From: Candidatus Cloacimonadota bacterium
GTDB lineage: Bacteria > Cloacimonadota > Cloacimonadia > G963667145
Direction: 5' to 3'
NCBI GenBank assembly: GCA_963667255.1
Contig: OY762940.1
Span: 480,001 to 544,000 of the forward strand
DNA: 64,000 nt
Shown: positions 61,001-64,000 of the stretch, in pieces
Layout: each line of letters begins with the position of its first letter
Position numbering within the stretch: position 1 is the first letter of the stretch
Program-made: the position numbers and the translations under genes
Notes under the pieces: generated by a model
Databases searched by the model: none
Seen by the model: the letters and a program-made list of their open reading frames with translations, nothing else
Told to the model about the DNA's origin: nothing

Positions 61001-64000
61001 TGTCTTATACCGACTCCATAGTGATTCGTTGGAACAAGATGAGTAGTGTAGATTCTTTCCGCTTGCAAGGAAGCATAGGGAGCACGATTTATTTGGACAC
61101 CTTTGTTTCGGATACACATGTTTGTTGGAAAGGTATGGTGCGAGGCAAAGTTTACAGCTTTAAAGTTTGTGCCTTCAACTCTTTAGTTGGCAAAACTTCG
61201 CCCAAATGGACAGATGCAGTTAATGGATTTGCGATGCTCAAAGCACCTACCAGTGTCACACTGAAGCAAGATACGATAAATTGTGGTGTTGTTGTTTCCA
61301 TTGATACTGTGCATTTGGCAGATAAATATTTGCTGTATTCTCATTCTACAGGCGGCAGTTTTGAAAAGCTATTTGAAGTCCCTCACGCAATTAGAAGCCC
61401 CTTGGATACCTTGGACAACACGCTTTTACCAGGGAAGAAAGTTTGGTATTGTGTAACGGCTTACAACGGCACAACCGGAGGTTCGGACAGCTCTGCCATA
61501 GTGGACACTTTCTGCCCTGTTTTGCCACCGAACGGACTTAGTGCGACCAAAGGAACTAGAAGCGGTGATGTCTATATCACTTGGAATCTTGATAGATTTA
61601 CCAAAGGGGTCGATAGTTTCCGCTTGTATAGAGACAGTTTGGCTGGAATCTGGACAGAGGGCGACCATATAGCTACTGTGAAAACTTTTTCTGGAGCACT
61701 TGTAGAATACTATGATGTATTGGGCTCAGTATCCGCCGCTTCAGATACTCTTTTCAGTGGCAAGAAATACAAATATGCTCTCAAATCTTATGCCAATGGA
61801 TACTCCTCAAAATTCACATCTAATGAAAAGGTTGATACGGGTTGGGTTGCGTTACCGGATGTGAACAAGGTTAGAGGGACTTTTGTCAAGGCAGGAACTG
61901 ACAGCATCAAATTGTATCTTACGGTAAGCAAGTTGGCAAATAAGAATGTTGGTTATGTCTATCGCAGAGTTAAGATGAAAAGAGGTAGCTTTGATACTAC
62001 CTATGTCACCACTCTTCTTACCAATGATTCTTTAGTTAAAGACGGCAACAATTTGAAAGAGGGAATGGTATACAGTTATGAGTTTAAGGCTTATAACAGT
62101 AATTTCATAGGTTTGGCTGCTCATGGGGCTCCAAGTGTTTGGAGCAATAAGACTGGAGCTCAGTTGGGTTCTGCCGGTATGATTAGTGCGAATTGGTCTA
62201 CGCTGACTTACGGTGGCAAGAAATTTGCAGCTCCTACTATCCATGCGGTGAGGAATTTTGACAGTCTAAAAGTGGACACGATAACCTTCTCCTGGCAATC
62301 GGACAGCTTAGTAACTCATTATAATTTCGTAAGAGATACAACAGTGGCGTTCTCTTCGCCTGTGGCATTCGGCTTGACCAATAATTCTCTCAGAAGTTTG
62401 GACAGCTATTTCTATGCACCAGCCGAAGGCTTGGCCAAAACACAACCGTATTATTTCAAAATGCAAAAGCAAAACCAAGAGTATGAAATGACTGCTTGGG
62501 ATTCTTTGTCTTCTCCATGGTCTGCAATAGACAGCAGTTGGTCTAAACTGATACCGCCGAAAGGTGTGACGGCTACCACTAAAATTGTAGATACCATTAG
62601 AGTCAACTGGAACAAATATTCTTGGAAAGACACCGTAAGCTATGTGGTGGTGTCCAAAAATTCTGCTGGAACTTGGGTTGCTACGACTGTGGGCAATTTT
62701 GACAGTTTGAGATTTAGGTCGACTTATGCCGATGGTGAAAAAGAGATTGGTGTTTATACCACTCACGCTAAGTTTGGCTCTTCTGATACGAGCTCTCCTT
62801 TGGTAATAGGTATGGGCAAGATAGAATCTCCCACATTTGCCGATGGACCAACTAGGGGTCGCTACTTAGATAGTGTAGTGATGGTGATGAACGAAGCAGG
62901 AATGAACTCAGCCAAGACAAAATTCAGAATGTATTATTCCACTGACAAAACTTCACCTGCAATTAGCTCAATAAATCCTGATGATGGTGATTATTTTGCC
63001 AGTGATTCTAACCGTTTGGTTTTCAAGAGTGGTTCAGGGCTTTATACCAGTGGATATGGAGCTAAAGTCTATTTCAGAGTTGCTTGGTCTTTGGGCAGCA
63101 TTTATTCGGAAAAATCCGCAGTTGATTCCGGCTGGACGAAACTAGATACCCCGACTAATTTCCAATCAAGACCTCTGGAAGACCCATTGGATACCATGGC
63201 GATTAAGTTGATTTGGAGCAATCCTGCAAATGTAGATACGGTTAAAATTTACAGAACAAGAGTAAAAGACAATTCGTTTGTGTTGCGGAAAGATGTGCTT
63301 ACTTCGGGAAGTAATGGCAGTTTTATAGACATCATACCGGAAGAGGACAGAAGGAAGACTTATTATTACAAGATTATGGCGACGAACAAGCTGGACAGCA
63401 CGGACTCCAAGTTTACCGATTCTGTTAAGGCGTTCGTAGCAATTTATAATATTACTAATTTCTCAGCTACAGATGGTGCCAAACGAGATACTATTGAGTT
63501 GAGCTGGAAGGCTGATTTGGATACGAACTTCACTATCAGAATTTATACCGATAGAGACCATAACTCTGTGGTAGATTCGATTAAGAATTTGAAAGCTTCT
63601 GCTGGCAAGAGTTGGATACCGAACAAAACTACGACTTTCCCTGGATACTGGTATTATTTCCGCGTGAACTTGGAAGGCGATGAAAACAGTCCTACAGTCA
63701 AATTTGCAGCGGTGGATAGTGGGTATGCACTTATTCCTGAGATTAGCAGAGATTCGGTTATCATCACGAACGACACTTCTAAGATAAAACTTGGGACTCG
63801 TATTGCAAATGTGGACGATTCCGCTTTCACACAATTTGATGCTACCGGAGCGTTCAGGCTGAATTATGTTAGCAAAATCTATGTTTCCAAATACAATGCG
63901 ATTACAGGTGTGTTCACCATTGTAGATACTCTGCTCACCGGCAAAAAAATCGTCAAAGATATTGATTTAACTTACGGTAAGATTAACCGTTATTCCTTGA
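46084..64000 (+). CDS. Second giant fibronectin-III-repeat lipoprotein, paralogue of 11876-45049; 3'-truncated by the window edge (>5,970 aa)
   Basis: AGGAGA RBS at 46071-46076 and GTG at 46084 give MSNTKGRNYGRYLKIFIGLLLFSLLS-C (lipobox). Spot-translated frame 1 is open and aligns with gene 1 up to base 64000. A stop in this frame would have produced an entry in the ORF track, and none is listed. Confidence 0.92.
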   Translation, partial: MSNTKGRNYGRYLKIFIGLLLFSLLSCNDMIVNNDEIPVPTNVQASSTYTDRIRVTWTCSDATNFIIYRAESSSTTATNYTKLAEVSGNSYDDKESSLVPGKIYYYKVSSYTSTVSQKSDLTGRGSIKVATLESLSATTDQEYKIVLSWTLPSTLKSSLIEGYVTIYYSSNPSTVMADLSDSISLSNLAGSYNLTNVTIGQTYYIKTKVSVKGTGESDLNLKHSDVSSVVTGKTALTSPKNVIASKGTYSGGIRITWDKVVGATAYLVLRGEVNSSQLTYGTTVGTFYSGVTTYTDRNYVDTTITMGQSYRYAVKTIVTENNNTVTKALNSGINDKDTAGVYLNLGYANYSKLTNQGISTDSIGKVVVSYKAATTSFDSVFVQLYRRNYSSSATLSPLGSPVAISSAVFTMTDISAVPGQKYYYSAKIYRLSGTNKMGESAYADEVVGYSRLESPQNLTATDGSSSANVIASWNKVKGAITYYAYIGTDSTSMSCMGTTQDTFYAFTRAFYETGKIYYFKVRAYNNVYSDFSNIDTGWIRIAAPSSLRVSERLQTTLGLEWASVRNAISYVITRKNNTSNSAYVKVDTISSTSTSYTDTGLVSGASYTYKLYTISNRYLTASSSYQMSEASDTLTTRTLLVAPTLDSVSRDLTDKIIVYWTSNSASSLTGLKYRIYRKNDRGGYDNIGESSTTTFEVPIDSIVLGKVYTFGVSAVYDVESELSLTKTGYSKLDAANSLSATQGLLADTVRLTWHTALKSGAEQFKIVRTKSGENDYLQVGSLTDLTTATVTSTYRGYTYNDVSNLEGGQNYDYKVESYRSDYTLQSGVSKIYSNVATGRIKILPPEIYKVDCGVSSGKITIIFNKLASASSYRCYYSKDGSFSDSTYVSIATGAVTTYAENKLKYEMAISTLGLKDGQLCYFKMAAVVSNEVSALSDMKPGFSLPVKPVICSQGTKGTQDYIHFAWNKVSNPDNIRYEILRTRNSDYSTTIIMTTDSFYKDTSVVPGFKYFYKCRAVDQTALNACNTAYSSAFDSMLVKSLYSDTTSGYVKVGKVKDLSASNNKQDSVELTWTSLAKGVSYDVVRRPVNSTTWSTIISSLDTGWCIDSKTYNNVQGYSYYYKIKSYTNDYPNIYTLSDSVQGHMAPSPPQNVVASKGEYADTIKVSWDTLPMVSSYSVLRIDGNGTLMPISPNVTSSGSRVYFYDINLTKGLGYLYLVRANLDYSMGQTVYSDTSIASLKTSATGYTKLPKVGSITATQGTYRDSIRISWSKVGVATSYSLFRYYQGTLKNEYTVTDTVYLNKRSADLNDGQIYSYVVFAKKGTIESVSSSDTAKGYLQLCGPKNVEATQGLKDTIVISWDTLTATTIDSYYIYLSTNLNVALGGVKSPAKRYAYPVPSADKGATIGFVVKGKSSSFGLSATSDVASGYCLVDTLTNFKAVGADTASANPKVVLSWTSPASADSIRIQVKTGATWDALAVLPKDTTSFTDTGRIVGRSIQYRAQGIRTVSGVERNSGFVYTNISLHIPTIAFDTITKGDYLSYVYLTWPCLPSKDEANFQIFVYETEEKYNSGTVFDTLTVVESGKSSYAFKHSANTAKNGFVKGTKYFYRIRTNTITDGTWSALTPMNPTPSVYYGWSKTPAPILDSVTTNLVGSIKIYWRYGSGASSGQVRTVGFGITKIADVSGTYLERNTEIFSGQYYTISVRAINPAIRDTSDWSNSLIGLAQVGPPSVFSASDGTKNDTVQLSWGISGTTPNYGAEKYVIERGLDTSNFNVLQTVEDNSWNIGEQARTLTYNDVLTNSEIGKMYYYRIYAKGGVGNTSAPSKIDSGWAKIPAPEITGYTGYNGSLPLETDSIRVTWSDPCSLATASTVYNIVVTMNGNTTNHIRNWNSKSFSLNIAQADRYQGINVKIYSARNTFGNSLETASLLTYTILPVVAKGDIIKSLTATDKGVSLSYKGTNAWVDSIIFLRKVSGSTVSTQVAKVANPGSSITVTYGDSSGLILSTVYGYSFKLYSKYAGYSVESDTVSVKTKVIPPESFSATKGTSTSNVTMSWTSVASGTRKISYNIYADTVYQDFKASVAAGNKMISPAVASSPVSFTAGTLLNSWLTLERGRKYYFTATTNETSIYAGVNSISVPSNIDSGYISLAKPVLDSVSKGAYSDSIIVRWRACNAYKHNTYVKYKLYWSCDGGAQSTKIISSSDYTYDGTYIRYALPKTEGSITNLLAKKVYTFKVRGVMTASASTFEDSSEISISGLTGWLALARPTSFKANYSGYSPDKIQLRWNNPDNLLVRIYMSNNKSTLWDNFLYSAAKGATTYDVPIESDTNRGVYKYFGARFYDQTFGLSNIADTGCQDSGLAQIDTIKITSVSRGDYLDSILVYWDSLPNVNQYQVRVDDISGNLVQSYSWSSYSVFRETFKGSNLTKGQKYYFKVKARNSAIPIPAVEGSFQSKGVYGFTQLPKVTGVTATDGIHSDRIRIQWTALSGAQEYVVYRSEDTISVGSPIATVTTNSHDDSASTLVFAKDYYYRILGVNSWTRDISASKKNYSAFDTGWIKLPIVKNISASKGTLEGKILVSWDQLSRVDGYYIDTCGYGLSTYGTLDSITSASTSRVYYYESNGLKLGRCYYFKVRAYTGNRSNSLSEVTADSGYMSLGKVQNVRASQGTYADSIRVLFNKVTGYTQANQYELQRYSVSKTNTATVGQYASFAIVADTVAVVDTSFNPEREGFIYKYRVRIAIPSQLLWSEWSDWGLEGWSSLPKLAIKVYDEQDSLKVDTIKVHWDTSSFAGRSATKIELQYGADTVSFSKSVILNKQEQLDKGYLMLDAENYVTIKQGQVFYFRAKIYRTEGTSEISSAFSAIDSGWYQLKKVTMSTMGLGQYADSIYVSWTPQSSLPSLVLSAMTYEIFRNGVRLDSVIGGKTSYYDTTGIDRGKSFTYAIRASHNKFKKSSVSDSAKGYATILTPMLDTVRVSGDDLKVEWRYSTGVDIDSFYVYRLESRDASLPEPTHSAAYSSAVSSYSWTNTACEKGKDYFYCVRAYKRGLSLSDTSQIKSNYIKLDVPVIDTVSRGTSTSQIVIKWKDDTYAKQLSIVRDTLSNFSTAKILDTVNFTVKTYTDANNLQDGKIYYYKINSIRGRFTSDTSKFVAGYTSYKVPAFDGIVNNEDSIQVKWKENGSSADSVLLVIGNDVQVTSPLDSMQTGDKETKNLITKFNSPTWFVRGKEYYIRIKGISHYNTVKREGNSAEKFAVCSDYANAKICYSSLQVPQISVTRNLLDTVKVSWNKMASDVVSVVRVEWKQGAFGVAGDSIYRELNNDGVDTVLEIKVDSSEYKLLAATKYKFRVRFFRGTISSAYSNVDTGWSKLPAPVSLSVSRATYDDSLRFTWNNYLNGTDKNKDSTYEYVLEYEKNSSYALFKRISARESFYDVVYNANSIPLGVETKFRIRGVYRAGEKIDSVTTNLPTATGWTRLIPPIDTAADSSTVSKNIVGKIKIKWTNKLTDATQKTAYNNMGVVYQVERRKSTESFIESGYQTVSSYLVDSFIDSSNLWPQYTYYYRVRYFSPHYYNLLGSTSKSISPWVEIKDSGYLKLATPTVEVGVVGTYYTDSVLLRVKRVYGSDSLYLYRKSADETGYTLWDTVIFPSTSTLIYGAKSYYTDARKIRRGQAYSYKAVALAGIRKSDTSAACSTFTLLGKVSNVVATDATSEDSVVVTWDTVAFADFYDIRVENENGATLFGTVRLNKQDTIIAVKKKSLGGLLDYGVIYKFGVIGKSKNCVYNGDTLGTEAVYDKGYLRFTKPTITALSKDSVGKIKIGVSYPNSGFTFKVYRSPDSAYFKNTTNQYDKYEKIEAILTDSGNGGYQCVDYTSVTNGTNGVHYAYFIQAVSGSIASAISDSTKSDTATDINKRFGYSKIAAYPGELSATKGISTDSLVVSWPVPEIASKLDSIKYQWFEYKDDVAKDSGIVKGTKVVRDTTTNARGVRYKYRIKLKAYDKNGNNYTTSDISLDSKTGWISLDTPTIVLTRDALKNNVISISNSTLPFGLFRTINGVSMSEIRVSAGKSYTDSVLYANYYVGKHVSYTVKTYNSDFTLQSPFSLAVDTYYYIYPPAYFAASQGTYENKISLNWAWKNQEKAHVDSFILYRYNNSVLSKRVALTESNLTINLAGDSLLYYDIDEIKQGVSYRYGIKTKRVNTGFSNRESDTTWNIKNGYATFSAPQNLTASKTAKQVTIKWDSLRNQGSVGGYILFYTADKSKALSLWDTAVVTDTVLTQSGTKAVPEGTIRWYKVAAFSSIVDTGTVSTSDVYGYALMNAPSGLNCCEAVSVDSIRVTWTKKADIYKTYYLQWALDTASNSNGTFVKPLGEKGDYDYSTSSFVLDSFTIPITADSLRGRRIYVKLWAQNSYGRSEPALDSGYTRLAKLTSLSVSKGLRKDSLRISFAKPSDANTASFNLIVDTLGSNFSSPERKIESIVTMDTILKVNHSGYYYKVGVSANSNLTGAGSDTIWDSGYSKIPAPTGITAEALKTGYNKITWNKGYIGANQEISYSVYRKDNSNAVATVVNRYKDASASATSSLIDSSCMPGYHYEYYLRAYATSRPFNSSVSIESDTSAHASVDTKIGIIANFIQDTNAFSQTSASLYWSQRGDLVNYEIWYSRFADTTTAKKIDVTIANSNFYTSISDSLANFPGMLWHFWIKAKTASGLTGTWTPDNDTGLLVYTLPSISTIDSVSEGVSEDTIYVRWSKSKYSKFRLAYRKSSATTWDTLSARADTIAKISKTTHSLIRGEQYYFKVNSLIDSGTVSPMGSTHGAYGRYLESGYSESKVGYLKYDTIANFRVYNQADSIKDDRINLYWDKTEGSNVSYLLYRSTTSDVSTASLMSMSTLTDVGYYEDARANNGSAPLPGKAYYYWITAKKNTLPNSEGEKKKLRGYANNAFNGVDSAWTKLIAPSNLKVSGVFYSSTMKNDKSLSYTDSIVIRWNKMSSVDSFRLQGSIGSTIYLDTFVSDTHVCWKGMVRGKVYSFKVCAFNSLVGKTSPKWTDAVNGFAMLKAPTSVTLKQDTINCGVVVSIDTVHLADKYLLYSHSTGGSFEKLFEVPHAIRSPLDTLDNTLLPGKKVWYCVTAYNGTTGGSDSSAIVDTFCPVLPPNGLSATKGTRSGDVYITWNLDRFTKGVDSFRLYRDSLAGIWTEGDHIATVKTFSGALVEYYDVLGSVSAASDTLFSGKKYKYALKSYANGYSSKFTSNEKVDTGWVALPDVNKVRGTFVKAGTDSIKLYLTVSKLANKNVGYVYRRVKMKRGSFDTTYVTTLLTNDSLVKDGNNLKEGMVYSYEFKAYNSNFIGLAAHGAPSVWSNKTGAQLGSAGMISANWSTLTYGGKKFAAPTIHAVRNFDSLKVDTITFSWQSDSLVTHYNFVRDTTVAFSSPVAFGLTNNSLRSLDSYFYAPAEGLAKTQPYYFKMQKQNQEYEMTAWDSLSSPWSAIDSSWSKLIPPKGVTATTKIVDTIRVNWNKYSWKDTVSYVVVSKNSAGTWVATTVGNFDSLRFRSTYADGEKEIGVYTTHAKFGSSDTSSPLVIGMGKIESPTFADGPTRGRYLDSVVMVMNEAGMNSAKTKFRMYYSTDKTSPAISSINPDDGDYFASDSNRLVFKSGSGLYTSGYGAKVYFRVAWSLGSIYSEKSAVDSGWTKLDTPTNFQSRPLEDPLDTMAIKLIWSNPANVDTVKIYRTRVKDNSFVLRKDVLTSGSNGSFIDIIPEEDRRKTYYYKIMATNKLDSTDSKFTDSVKAFVAIYNITNFSATDGAKRDTIELSWKADLDTNFTIRIYTDRDHNSVVDSIKNLKASAGKSWIPNKTTTFPGYWYYFRVNLEGDENSPTVKFAAVDSGYALIPEISRDSVIITNDTSKIKLGTRIANVDDSAFTQFDATGAFRLNYVSKIYVSKYNAITGVFTIVDTLLTGKKIVKDIDLTYGKINRYSL

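Noticed and set aside
46888..63834. Short ORFs listed in the track after 46 kb
   Set aside because: All overlap the unlisted frame-1 giant ORF, which has an RBS, a lipobox and clear paralogy to gene 1.

Overview
AT-rich bacterial chromosomal window; the host is probably a diderm (lipoprotein genes, MacA-type adaptor), but taxonomy cannot be fixed from the sequence. The first 11 kb hold: the 3' part of lgt, a DUF898-like membrane protein and a small lipoprotein; a low-GC three-gene restriction-modification-like island (PLD/HKD nuclease plus two amino-methyltransferases) with integron-cassette-like ends; a MacAB-type ABC exporter operon; REP-like palindromic repeats; and an FMN riboswitch in front of a DMT/EamA (ImpX-like) transporter. 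About 51 kb are two tandem giant paralogous lipoprotein genes. The first is complete (11,057 codons): lipobox, about 8,400 aa of fibronectin-III-like repeats, then about 2,600 aa of GLUG-type modules. The second is missing from the supplied ORF track; it starts at GTG 46084, runs off the window end (>5,970 aa) and is collinear with the first. The two share a conserved upstream motif set, are separated by an intrinsic terminator and a REP cluster, and are strikingly rich in D-(S/T)-hydrophobic tripeptides. All family assignments are from motif recognition by eye; no searches were run.
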